Source: Patescibacteria group bacterium
Lineage (GTDB): Bacteria; Patescibacteriota; Saccharimonadia; UBA4664; SCTI01
DNA length: 64,000 bases
Direction of reading: 5' to 3'
NCBI GenBank assembly: GCA_004297735.1
Contig: SCTI01000002.1
Span: 417,578-481,577 of the forward strand
In this document: piece after piece, positions 28,347 through 37,411 of the stretch
How the letters are laid out: each line of letters opens with the position of its first letter
Position numbering within the stretch: position 1 is the first letter of the stretch
Notes under the pieces: generated by a model
Databases searched by the model: none
What the model was told of the DNA's origin: nothing
Seen by the model: only the letters and a program-made list of their open reading frames with translations
Position numbers and translations under genes: made by a program

Positions 28347-28640
28347 TTGTGGTTGCGAGCGGTTGGTGATGACCGTTGGCTGCTGATGATCAACAGTTAT
28401 GGCGTCAGCATGCGAACTCGGCCGGGAGTGTTGCCTCCGGAGATTCATTCCTTTCACCTGAGCGAGGTCGGCGATCAAGGTCCGGTGTGGCTTGCGATCA
28501 CACAAAGTGCTCGAACCAGTCGGGATCACCAACTGCCCCTACTCGCGGACCTGTGTCATGAGGCCACGACGGCAGATGGCTGGTTTGATGTTTGTGATAC
28601 CGCCAACCTGCCGGACGAGCTCCGCAGCGAGAACTACTAA
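28347..28640 (+). CDS. Hypothetical protein (GC-rich island)
   Basis: The ORF is open from 28245. The start is uncertain (TTG at 28347, no in-frame ATG). GC3-biased codon use. Confidence 0.35.
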   Translation: MWLRAVGDDRWLLMINSYGVSMRTRPGVLPPEIHSFHLSEVGDQGPVWLAITQSARTSRDHQLPLLADLCHEATTADGWFDVCDTANLPDELRSENY

Positions 28641-28733
28641 AAGATGGCGACGGTTTGACTGTCGCCATCGCCCACTTGCACTTATGCTTGCATTATCGTA
28701 GAATTATCGCCGTCCCCTACTAGGAGGAAGCAC

Positions 28734-29225
28734 GTGATGGGTTTGCTCCAAAGATTGGAAGCCCTCCGGCGCAGGAAGAACTGCGATTTTGGTGACGAGC
28801 GCACGGTGTTGCTCGTTACAGCCATTGGTCCAGATGGCGACATCGACGGGCTGTACAACGACATTGTGTGGAACATGGACGCACCGCGCATTCTGGTGGT
28901 CTACACCAAGGAGTTGTACGCCAGCGAGACCGTCACCGGTCTATGTGAAAGGTTCGGTTTGGAGGCCCCTGTCTGCAAACTCCAGGTTCCGTACATCGCC
29001 GGTCACCGCCACAACTTCATTGTCGAAGCTGAGCGTCAGCTGGTCGGCTATGCCGGCTTCGATCTGGTGATCGTCTGCGAGGATTTTCAGGCAGCTCCGA
29101 GTCTGGCCAACTTCCTCGACTGTCGCATCCAGCAGACGCCCAGTCCTCGCCCTGGTGATGTTTACCGACTACAGGTTGAGTCGGAGCTGTGCGAGCTGGT
29201 TGGTAGCCGCCTGATAGCCGCGTGA
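28734..29225 (+). CDS. Hypothetical protein (GC-rich island)
   Basis: 163 aa, GGAGGAAG RBS, GC3-biased. Confidence 0.45.
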   Translation: MMGLLQRLEALRRRKNCDFGDERTVLLVTAIGPDGDIDGLYNDIVWNMDAPRILVVYTKELYASETVTGLCERFGLEAPVCKLQVPYIAGHRHNFIVEAERQLVGYAGFDLVIVCEDFQAAPSLANFLDCRIQQTPSPRPGDVYRLQVESELCELVGSRLIAA

Positions 29226-29328
29226 AATCAAAAGCCCTAACGATCATTGCACACGTTGCGATGGTCGTTGGGGCTGGTCAAACTCATCAATAAGTGGTAT
29301 TATTTCTCGGTCTAAGGACGCGCTACGA

Positions 29329-29404
29329 GCGCTCGTAGCTCAGTGGATAGAGCACTTGGCTTCGGACCAAGGTGTCGGGAGTTCGAATCTCTCCGAGCGC
29401 GCCA
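29329..29404 (+). tRNA. tRNA-Arg (anticodon TCG)
   Basis: Acceptor gcgctcg/cgagcgc, anticodon loop cttcgga, T-arm gggagttcgaatctc, CCA encoded. Confidence 0.8.
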
Positions 29405-29411
29405 TTTACAT

Positions 29412-29488
29412 GGGCCATTAGCTCAGTTGGTTAGAGCAGAAGACTCTTAATCTTCGTGTCCTGGGTTCGAATCCCAGATGGCCCTCCA
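29412..29488 (+). tRNA. tRNA-Lys (anticodon CTT)
   Basis: Acceptor gggccat/atggccc, anticodon loop ctcttaa, T-arm ctgggttcgaatccc, CCA encoded. Confidence 0.8.
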
Positions 29489-29585
29489 GGAATTATACTT
29501 GCTATTTTATACAACTTATGCTATAATATATGACGCTAAACCAGGTATGAGTTTAGTGAAACTCGCATTCCGATAAGGAGACTCG

Positions 29586-30029
29586 TTGCTTAACGCCCGA
29601 TGTATTTCGGTAGTCGCGGCTGCTTTGCTGTCGCTGATCGTGAGCCAGGCTAATGCTGGCGGTGCGCCAGCGGTCCCGGACGGGATCAACCTGTACTACG
29701 ATGTTCCTACTCACGTGGTGTATGTCCAGGTCGGCTTTCCGCTCGCCGACCAAGAAGAGCATCACTGCAAGCTGGAGTTGCAGCGTCGGTTCAGGGGTAA
29801 GGGCTGGGTCGCTGTGGCGGAAGGCTATGCGGACTCCGGTCCGTCCGTCGGTCGCTGTGAGGCTTACGGCAAGTTTGCAATTAGCTCGCTTCGGAGGATG
29901 GCGAAGAGTCGTCCGCTTCGAATTCAGGGCTACGTGGATGGGGACATGTTCTACAGCCGTCGGCTGACGCGCAAGATGCTCCGCCACCCGACGGAGTACA
30001 TGACTCCCTCCTATGGCCCTTCGGGCTAA
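29586..30029 (+). CDS. Hypothetical secreted protein (signal peptide; GC-rich)
   Basis: MLNARCISVVAAALLSLIVSQANA signal peptide, four Cys, GC3-biased. Followed by a 10-bp-stem hairpin (gaccccgatg...catcggggtc) at about 30047-30079. Confidence 0.5.
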   Translation: MLNARCISVVAAALLSLIVSQANAGGAPAVPDGINLYYDVPTHVVYVQVGFPLADQEEHHCKLELQRRFRGKGWVAVAEGYADSGPSVGRCEAYGKFAISSLRRMAKSRPLRIQGYVDGDMFYSRRLTRKMLRHPTEYMTPSYGPSG

Positions 30030-30135
30030 ACACTTCACGACCCCGATGCGGCTCCGGCCCATCGGGGTCGCATCACTTTAAGTAATTATTTTTGATATCA
30101 TGTAGGTAAATTATTAACCCAAGAATGGTTGGCCT

Positions 30136-30417
30136 ATGTCATTTCAAGCCTATTTAGACAACATTGAACAAAAAACCGGCAAAACGCCAAATGAGTTGAT
30201 TGAGCTAGCTCAGGCCAAAGGCTTTGACAAAGATACTAAAGCGGGGGAGATAGTAGACTGGTTAAAGCAAGATTTTGATCTTGGACGTGGGCACGCGATG
30301 GCCTTGGTTCACGTTATTAAAAAGGGTCCGATGATTGGCGATAAGCACGTTGGGAGCGGTGGCTCTCACAATGACGATAGCAATGAGCTACGCCTTGATG
30401 GTATTAAAAACCGATAA
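30136..30417 (+). CDS. DUF4287-family small protein
   Basis: MSFQAYLDNIEQKTGKTPNELIELAQAKGF...GEIVDWLKQDFDLGRGHAMALVHV. Confidence 0.7.
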   Translation: MSFQAYLDNIEQKTGKTPNELIELAQAKGFDKDTKAGEIVDWLKQDFDLGRGHAMALVHVIKKGPMIGDKHVGSGGSHNDDSNELRLDGIKNR

Positions 30418-30439
30418 GTAAAAAGTTAGTAACGATAAT

Positions 30440-31783
30440 TCAACGCAACCGGCCGGTGATAGCGCCCCACATTTGTTGGAGCATTGTTAATTTAAATATG
30501 CTGCCAGGACGAGGACGGTCGCCTTCGGCTGGGACATAAAGCCTGAGTGCCTTTGGCAAGCAGGTAACGGTAATTGGAGCGTTGTAGGTTTCGCGTTCGC
30601 CATCAACACCAACTACGATCGAGTAATTGGAGCTGTTAATTTTAAAGCTGGATAGCTCGACTTGTTGTAGGCTGGAGTTTGCGCCATTGTTGGAAAGTTG
30701 TTTAAGTCCAATATTCCGGAGCAGCTGGCGGACCATAGCGTCATCGATTGTTGGTACAACATTAATTTGAAGCACGCCACCATCGAGCTGCTGGCGATGG
30801 CCAAGCTCAAATAAGCTCATAGTGTTGTAGCGGTTGACTCCGATTAAAACCACTACGGCTTGTGAGTACCGCTTTTTACCCATGGTAAATTTTAAATCGT
30901 AAGCCGGTTTTTTGCCGGTTAATAAATCTTGAAGCACATTCCTGGCGGCCTGTATCTTATGGGCGCGGTATTGAGGTTGATCAACCATATCCGCGTAAAT
31001 ACCAAACGAGGCGTTGTTTAAAAATATTCGGTTGTTAATTTTAGCGACATCAATTCTTCGCTCAACCCCATAAAAACCCGCTAGGGCGTCAACCAACCGG
31101 TTCGGGTCCAGACCAATATCGCGAGCAAAATGACAACGAGTTCCGCCTGGTAGAACCACCAGGGGCAGGTTGTTGCTGATCGCGATTTGAGCGATTGCGC
31201 CAATACTGCCATCTCCTCCAGAAATACCGAGCACATCGGCGCCGTCATCAACCGCTGCTTGTGCGAGCTGCTCGATTTTACTTCCTGGCGTGGTGGTAAC
31301 CACCTTTATGCCCTGCTTTTCGGCCGCGGCGGCAAGTCCGGCTTTAACGGCCCGGCCATCGCCGGACTTGGGGTTGATTATTAGAACCGGCTTTTTAAAA
31401 GGAGATTGGCGCTGCGATTCTCCTTGAAGTCTACGTTCTTGCCAATATTGCCTGCGTAAAGCCGCAAATAGACCAGAATAAAATAGGCCCATAATTACGG
31501 TTATGGCCAAAACGCGGGTGTTGCCTGGCTCCCGTGCAAAGGCAACCAGTTCGACTATCAATAAAATAGCGCTAATGCCGGCTAAACCAAGCCCGCCGCG
31601 GAACCGGCCACCATGACCGGTAAACATTAGCCATCCGGCGTACGATAGAACCAGCGTGGTAGCAATAAATAACGACATGAACACTATATTAAAAAGCACC
31701 AAATAAAACAGTGCAAAAAAGGTGAGGAGATAAAAGATTACACCCAGTAAGGCGAGTAGACGCCAGCGTATAGAAAATTGCAT
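30440..31783 (-). CDS. Membrane-anchored diacylglycerol-kinase-catalytic-domain lipid kinase (YegS/BmrU-like)
   Basis: N-terminal TM helices, then KKPVLIINPKSGDG...GADVLGISGGDGSIGAIAQ...PLVVLPGGTRCHFARDIGL. Confidence 0.75.
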   Translation of the reverse strand: MQFSIRWRLLALLGVIFYLLTFFALFYLVLFNIVFMSLFIATTLVLSYAGWLMFTGHGGRFRGGLGLAGISAILLIVELVAFAREPGNTRVLAITVIMGLFYSGLFAALRRQYWQERRLQGESQRQSPFKKPVLIINPKSGDGRAVKAGLAAAAEKQGIKVVTTTPGSKIEQLAQAAVDDGADVLGISGGDGSIGAIAQIAISNNLPLVVLPGGTRCHFARDIGLDPNRLVDALAGFYGVERRIDVAKINNRIFLNNASFGIYADMVDQPQYRAHKIQAARNVLQDLLTGKKPAYDLKFTMGKKRYSQAVVVLIGVNRYNTMSLFELGHRQQLDGGVLQINVVPTIDDAMVRQLLRNIGLKQLSNNGANSSLQQVELSSFKINSSNYSIVVGVDGERETYNAPITVTCLPKALRLYVPAEGDRPRPGSIFKLTMLQQMWGAITGRLR

Positions 31784-31838
31784 AATAACTCCCCTTTGAA
31801 CCTAGTATATAATGATTTACCAATGATTAAGTTATTGC

Positions 31839-32327
31839 ATGTTCAAATCCAAAGTTAAATCAGCTATACGTCCGCACCACGTTGTCGACTCCGTCCTGCA
31901 CATTGATGTCGCTATGCTACGCCAATCCGGCGTGCGCTACGTGGTTTTTGATGTTGATGAAACATTGGTGCAGAGTCGTAAAAATCAGATTGCAGCGCTT
32001 AAAGTTCAGCATATTAATAGTTTGCGTCAGGCCGGCCTGAATATTTTAATTGGTAGCAATTCTCGACGCGATCTTAGTGCTATTGCCGAGTCGATTGGAG
32101 CCGTAGTAGTGCCCGCCAGTCGGGTGGTCCAAAAACCTCGAAAAAAATATTACCATCGTATTACTGAGGCAGCAGCAGTACCTCCCCACCAAATCATGAT
32201 GGTGGGCGATAGGCTGCTAAACGATGTGGTTGCCGCCAAACGCGCCGGGCTAAAGACGACCCTAGTAAGGCCGGTCAAGCGGCGACCAGGGATGGTGTTT
32301 TTATTTTTGCGCCGGCGATACGGTTAA
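31839..32327 (+). CDS. HAD-superfamily phosphatase, YqeG-like (subfamily IIIA)
   Basis: VVFDVDETLV motif I, MVGDRLLNDVVAAKRAGL motif IV. Confidence 0.7.
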   Translation: MFKSKVKSAIRPHHVVDSVLHIDVAMLRQSGVRYVVFDVDETLVQSRKNQIAALKVQHINSLRQAGLNILIGSNSRRDLSAIAESIGAVVVPASRVVQKPRKKYYHRITEAAAVPPHQIMMVGDRLLNDVVAAKRAGLKTTLVRPVKRRPGMVFLFLRRRYG

Positions 32328-32387
32328 AGTAGAGCAATAATTGCGGGTTGCCCCGGCGCAACCGTTAGGTCGTACCGGGACAGTAGT

Positions 32388-32927
32388 TCAGGCCGCGAGA
32401 GGAGGAGTGGTTTTCAGCTCCGCACCAATCTCTTCAATGTCTGTGCTGGCTTCGTCGTGTTCAAGTAGGAGGTCTTGAAGGCTGACCACGCTCTTATGGA
32501 GCAGTTCCCCCAGCTTATTGACGAGGGCCTGCGCCAGGTTCGGGTTGACCTCAAGCAGATAAATGAGCTCCTTACCACTGAGGGTCCGGAAGCTGTGCCG
32601 GTAGGCATCATCTATGCCCTCCAGTGGGGTGCGCGCCCAAACGGCTAGCTTCCCATTGGTATCGAGGACCATCTCGTAGAGCTCACCCCTGTTCGCTGAT
32701 TCCGGCTCGTAGTGGAAGCCGTTAACAGCTGTAACCGTGAATAGCTGAGTTCCAGTGCTGAGGGGCGGATCGATTTTGCCCTTGATGCTGTGAGGGTTCT
32801 TGCCCAGCTCCATTAGATCGATGATCTTTTGGCTGTCGGGTAGGTGTTGCAGTAGGGGTCGGCACTTCTCGATCGCCCGCTTGACAACAGCGAGCTGCTG
32901 TTCGGGCGTTGAAGTATTGGTGGACAC
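32388..32927 (-). CDS. Hypothetical protein
   Basis: The frame is open to 33143, but that region overlaps the DUF1801 gene. The likely start is a GTG at 32927 with a GAGAGGA RBS (VSTNTSTPEQQ...). Confidence 0.4.
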   Translation of the reverse strand: MSTNTSTPEQQLAVVKRAIEKCRPLLQHLPDSQKIIDLMELGKNPHSIKGKIDPPLSTGTQLFTVTAVNGFHYEPESANRGELYEMVLDTNGKLAVWARTPLEGIDDAYRHSFRTLSGKELIYLLEVNPNLAQALVNKLGELLHKSVVSLQDLLLEHDEASTDIEEIGAELKTTPPLAA

Positions 32928-33070
32928 CGTACTGTCCTCTCGGGTTGAGGTGTTAAAAAGGCAAGGTACAGCCGGGCCGGCTGAGATCGTTATACTACAT
33001 TTTAGGAGCGCGGCATAGAGTTTATATTTTTGATGCCCACCGAGCTTGGTGATTATGCCATAATACAGAC

Positions 33071-33421
33071 ATGGGAGTTGTTGCCGACTACTTAAAAGAC
33101 CTACCGGAGCCACAGCAAACCGAGCTGCGGCGGGTTCAGGCAATTATTGTTAAAACTGCACCCGAGGCCGAGGAGGTAATAACCTATGGCATGCCAGGGT
33201 ATAAATACAAAAAGAAATATTTAGTGAGCTTTGCAGCTTTTAAGGACCACATGAGTTTGTTCCCGGGCGCTATGCCGGTTGAGGAGTTGGCAGATGAACT
33301 GCAGGAGCACAAAACATCAAAGGGAACGGTTCAGTTTACGGTCGAAAAACCGCTCTCAGAAGATTTAATCACTAAACTTGTCGGTCTCAGTCGTGATAGA
33401 ATCGACGGAAAGCTGAGGTAA
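33071..33421 (+). CDS. DUF1801 (YdhG-like) domain protein
   Basis: DYLKDLPEPQQTELRRVQAIIVKTAPEAEEVITYGMPGYKYKKKYLVSFAAFKDHMSLFP. Confidence 0.7.
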   Translation: MGVVADYLKDLPEPQQTELRRVQAIIVKTAPEAEEVITYGMPGYKYKKKYLVSFAAFKDHMSLFPGAMPVEELADELQEHKTSKGTVQFTVEKPLSEDLITKLVGLSRDRIDGKLR

Positions 33422-33423
33422 CT

Positions 33424-34422
33424 GTGAATTCGCCCGAAAATCCAACCAAACCAGGAGTAGAGCAGCAGCTGCCGAGTCGCCCGGAGGGCGCCAAGACGGT
33501 AGAGGATATAGTTGAAGCGCTTGATCATGATAGGGATAAAGCTGATAGGGCGGCATTAGAGCATGGCCCAAGCCGAGAGTTGGCGGCTGCGCTGGCAGCG
33601 GAGATTGGCACACAGGTCCAGCTTGATCAAAGGGTCTCGCAGGAGCAGGGAATAACATATGCGGAGTGGCAAAAACGGTCAGCGGAAGAGGCGCGGGATG
33701 ATATTGACCCGCTGACACTTTCGATGGAGCTGGCTGACTACGCGGCTGGAAAAGGTGAATTAAGCAGTAGAGCCCAGCAGGAATTAGAGAATCGAGTTGA
33801 TCAAATTAACGCTGAGCTTGATGAGCTAGAGGATACTGGTTTTAGTACCCAAACCATTCAGAGGTTACGTGGCGCTGACGAGCCTTACGATGTCACCATG
33901 ATAGCGGAGCGCTACCGTGCACTTTCGGAGCTGCGCAAGGGTGAGAGTCAGCTGCCAGATTCGTCCGAAGCAGCTAAAGGTCAACAGGACCAGGAGCGGC
34001 AGGCATCCAAGGCTGAAGGGGATGCCTTTAAGGCAGCCTATGAGGCGGCAGGTATTGAGGGAGAGCTCCGTGGCGAGTCGGGATACACCGACAGTAAGGG
34101 AATCGAACTGGTGGTTGAAGCGATGCGCGAACAAGGCATGAGCGAGGGCGAGATGGCTGGTTTCGCGCGGAGGCTAGCTGCAAAATATGAACAGTTTTTA
34201 GATTCTGCCAAGACGATTCATGCCGATAAATCGCCACAGACTCAGGGTATGTGGGCTGAAAATCAGACCTGGAGCACGCTTAACCGGGATCCGGTGTGGC
34301 AAAAAATCGATTCAAAGATAGACCAGTATGGCGATACTCTGGCCGGCATGGGCTCGCGAATTAGCCGCGATAAGGTAATGAGTAGCTTCTTGATTTTTGC
34401 ACTTCAGGCAAATCGTCGCTAA
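33424..34422 (+). CDS. Hypothetical acidic, coiled-coil-rich protein
   Basis: 332 aa, highly charged, predicted helical. Confidence 0.45.
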   Translation: MNSPENPTKPGVEQQLPSRPEGAKTVEDIVEALDHDRDKADRAALEHGPSRELAAALAAEIGTQVQLDQRVSQEQGITYAEWQKRSAEEARDDIDPLTLSMELADYAAGKGELSSRAQQELENRVDQINAELDELEDTGFSTQTIQRLRGADEPYDVTMIAERYRALSELRKGESQLPDSSEAAKGQQDQERQASKAEGDAFKAAYEAAGIEGELRGESGYTDSKGIELVVEAMREQGMSEGEMAGFARRLAAKYEQFLDSAKTIHADKSPQTQGMWAENQTWSTLNRDPVWQKIDSKIDQYGDTLAGMGSRISRDKVMSSFLIFALQANRR

Positions 34423-34617
34423 CTACTTACCAGCCAAAAAACCAATTAGGTCGTAAATCACAAAAGCTGGCCAGACCAGAGCCTGAAAGACCCCAACGAT
34501 AAAGCCCCAAATGCCCTCGGAATGCTGGACGTAGTAAACTAGCGCCCCAATTAAACCTAAGCCGTAGACCGCGTTACCACCACCATTAGCCGCGGCGTTA
34601 TATTTGTTGCTAGCCAT
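34423..34617 (-). CDS. Small hypothetical membrane protein (64 aa)
   Basis: Gly-rich N-terminus and two hydrophobic helices. Good RBS. Confidence 0.4.
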   Translation of the reverse strand: MASNKYNAAANGGGNAVYGLGLIGALVYYVQHSEGIWGFIVGVFQALVWPAFVIYDLIGFLAGK

Positions 34618-34706
34618 ATCACCTCTCCCTTTATGCCTTTATTATGCGCCAAATTGGTTGCCTAGACAAACCGGAGTAAAATAGAGATATAAGCGGAGGG
34701 CTCACC

Positions 34707-35318
34707 ATGAAGGTCGATTTTAAGAAGAGTTTGGATTCATACAAGGCAAAACACGGTGAGTTCCGAGTGCTCGAGGTGCCATCAATGCAGTACTTAATGG
34801 TTGATGGTCATGGCGCGCCTGAAGCACCCGATTTTGCGCATGCAATTGAGGCGGTTTACCCGGTGGCTTACACGCTCAAGTTTATGAGCAAGCAGCAGCT
34901 GGATAAGGATTACGTGGTCCCGCCAATGGAGGGGCTGTGGTGGGCAGATGATATGTCGGTGTATGCGTCTGGCGACAAAAGCCAGTGGGACTGGACGGTG
35001 CTACTGATGGTGCCGGACTGGATTACCGACGAAATGTTTGAAGCGGCTAAGCAAAAAGTTGCGAGCAAGAAAGAAGTACCGGTGCATTTGGATAAGATTC
35101 GACTAGAAACTTTGGCTGAGGGTACATGCGTACAGACGCTACACATTGGATCATTTGATAACGAAGGCCCGGTGCTAAGTGAGATGCACAACACCTACAT
35201 CCCGGAGCACGGTTACAAGATGACCGGTAGGCATCACGAAATTTATATGAGTGATATGCGCCGCGTACCGGAAGACAAGTTGAAGACGATTTTGCGTCAG
35301 CCGGTAGAGAAGATTTAG
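34707..35318 (+). CDS. GyrI-like small-molecule-binding domain protein
   Basis: YKAKHGEFRVLEVPSMQYLMVDGHGAP...YTLKFMSK...PMEGLWWADD...DWTVLLMVPDWIT is typical of the GyrI-like/AraC-effector fold. Confidence 0.65.
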   Translation: MKVDFKKSLDSYKAKHGEFRVLEVPSMQYLMVDGHGAPEAPDFAHAIEAVYPVAYTLKFMSKQQLDKDYVVPPMEGLWWADDMSVYASGDKSQWDWTVLLMVPDWITDEMFEAAKQKVASKKEVPVHLDKIRLETLAEGTCVQTLHIGSFDNEGPVLSEMHNTYIPEHGYKMTGRHHEIYMSDMRRVPEDKLKTILRQPVEKI

Positions 35319-35321
35319 CGC

Positions 35322-35708
35322 ATGAAGAGTGTCGTGTTTTCGGGCTCATTACGGTATGCGGATCAGATGTCACAGTGGGTTCAGGAGTTACAGGGTCGTG
35401 GCGTTAAGGCGTATGCGCCACAACAAAAGCAGCCTCAAGACTGGAACCAGCTGCCCGATGCGGATCGCCGCAAGTTGCAGCTTAGGTTTATTAACGAGCA
35501 TAATCAAGCAATAGACGATTATGATGTTTTATTTGTGTTTAATCCTGAGGGGAGAGTCGGCAATAGTGTAACGCTGGAGGTTGGTTACGCCCTGGCTAAA
35601 GCCAAGCCGGTATATGCGATGACACGTGATAGCGAGCTTGGTCGCGATGTGTTGTACGCTGGGTATTGCAAATCTGTTGAGGGGCTCATTCAGCAATTAT
35701 CTGTTTGA
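35322..35708 (+). CDS. Nucleoside 2-deoxyribosyltransferase-like fold protein
   Basis: MKSVVFSGSL...DVLFVFNPEGRVGNSVTLEVGYALAKAKPVY resembles the PF05014/DNPH1 motif pattern. Tentative. Confidence 0.45.
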   Translation: MKSVVFSGSLRYADQMSQWVQELQGRGVKAYAPQQKQPQDWNQLPDADRRKLQLRFINEHNQAIDDYDVLFVFNPEGRVGNSVTLEVGYALAKAKPVYAMTRDSELGRDVLYAGYCKSVEGLIQQLSV

Positions 35709-35908
35709 CATTCAAAACGGCAGCGTGCTAGGCTGCCTGCAATGAATACAGTAACCAACCACAAGTTTTGGCATTTTGGACTCGCTCTGGACGGCGAGCC
35801 GGTGGTTGGTGTTACTCAAAATTAAGCAATCGTAAAGCTTTAAACACAAACCACCCGCCCGCTCTCCAGAGCGGGTTCTTTGTACCTACGACCAAAGGAG
35901 GTGAGCTC

Positions 35909-35947
35909 ATGCCGCACGGCTTCGAGTTCGATCCGCACAAGTGGTAG
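35909..35947 (+). promoter_or_regulatory. 12-codon leader-like ORF (MPHGFEFDPHKW) with a perfect Shine-Dalgarno, inside a 360-bp structured leader
   Basis: AAGGAGGTG sits 6 nt upstream of the ATG. The stop is embedded in the palindrome ggtagcagctacc. Hairpins flank it at about 35715-35735, 35858-35880 and 36018-36052. Confidence 0.35.
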
Positions 35948-36070
35948 CAGCTACCACCTTGTAGTAACGTAGGACATCTCGGTTAACTTGAGTTGGTTTG
36001 GGTTGGCCGACTGGGTGGGGCGCGTTTATAGCGCGCTCCACCCACAACATAAGGTAATATAGGAAATATC

Positions 36071-37393
36071 ATGTTTAAGACTTACGCAAAGCTATTAAAA
36101 GAGTTTGTCGCGCTTAAAAGCATCTCTACCGACGAGCGGTTTTTACCGGAAATGGATAAGACGGTGAAGTGGCTTAAGGATTTGTTTGAGCAAAATGGCT
36201 TTACGGTAACGTTGCTTACAGACAAGGAGTGTAGCCCGGTGGTGGTGGCGCGATACGACGCCGGAAAGCCGCGAACAACTCTGGTTTACGGCCACTACGA
36301 CGTGCAGCCCGCCGAGGTCAGCCAGGGATGGAACGGCGATCCGTTTGATCTGCGCGAGGACAAGGGGCGACTGATTGGTCGCGGATCGGTGGATAATAAA
36401 GGGCAGATACTGGCTCACATGGTGGCGGTATTTGAGCGCATCAAGGATGGTTCGTTAGACGCAAACACAATCTTTTTGATTGAAGGTAATGAAGAGACCA
36501 CCAACCCTTGCCTAGACAGAATGATTGAGCAGAACAAAGAGCTGTTGGCTTGCGATGAGCTGTTGGTATCGGATGGCGACATGACCAACAATCGACCGAC
36601 GCTCGAAGCGACCTTGCGCGGTGGTTACAACCTGCGGGTTAAAGTGCGGACCGCTCGCACCGATATGCACTCCGGCTTGGTTGGAGGCGCGGTACCGAAT
36701 GCAGCCAAGGTGCTTGCAGACGCCTTGGCGAGCTTGACCGATCAGCGAGGGCGCGTTTTGGTAGATGGTTTTTACGATGGCATGGTTGAGCCGACCGAAG
36801 CGATCCGCTTGGCCAACGCCAAAATCGCTAAGACCATGAATGCCGATCAGCACTTTGGTGTAAAGCAGCTGGTAACGGCCAACGAAGTTGATTTCTACAC
36901 TCAAACCGGCCTGTATCCGACCCTGCAGATAAGTGGCATTAACTCCGGTTATACCGGCGTTGGTTATGCCAACATTGTGCCTGCCACCGCTGAAGGTAGA
37001 GTTAATGTTCGCACGGTGGTAGGCCAGGATGTGTTGAAAAATGCACAGGCGGTTAAGTCGCACCTACTCGCGGCGCTGCCAGATTATACCGTGGCAACCA
37101 TTGATTGGACCGGCGAGCATGGCGCGGTTGAGCTCAACCTAAAAACAGAGGCGGCTCAGCGATCCCGCGGCTTGCTAGCCGAGACGTATGGCGGGGAGGT
37201 GGTCACCTCTTACGTTGGTGGCGCGATCCCAATTGTGGCCGATTTTCAACGACTGCTGGGAGTTGACCCCCTACTTGTGCCGTTTGCAAACGATGATTGC
37301 AACATGCACGGGGCCAACGAGAACTTTCGGATTGATCTGGCGCGCAAGTCGCTCGAGTTTAGCTACAGTTGGTTTGGCGCCCCGGCAGAGTAG
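36071..37393 (+). CDS. M20-family metallopeptidase (dipeptidase/ArgE/DapE superfamily)
   Basis: LVYGHYDVQPAE...WNGDPFDL.EDKGRLIGRGSVDNKGQ, LIEGNEE. Confidence 0.8.
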   Translation: MFKTYAKLLKEFVALKSISTDERFLPEMDKTVKWLKDLFEQNGFTVTLLTDKECSPVVVARYDAGKPRTTLVYGHYDVQPAEVSQGWNGDPFDLREDKGRLIGRGSVDNKGQILAHMVAVFERIKDGSLDANTIFLIEGNEETTNPCLDRMIEQNKELLACDELLVSDGDMTNNRPTLEATLRGGYNLRVKVRTARTDMHSGLVGGAVPNAAKVLADALASLTDQRGRVLVDGFYDGMVEPTEAIRLANAKIAKTMNADQHFGVKQLVTANEVDFYTQTGLYPTLQISGINSGYTGVGYANIVPATAEGRVNVRTVVGQDVLKNAQAVKSHLLAALPDYTVATIDWTGEHGAVELNLKTEAAQRSRGLLAETYGGEVVTSYVGGAIPIVADFQRLLGVDPLLVPFANDDCNMHGANENFRIDLARKSLEFSYSWFGAPAE

Positions 37394-37411
37394 CTTGCTA
37401 TACTGGTAGGC

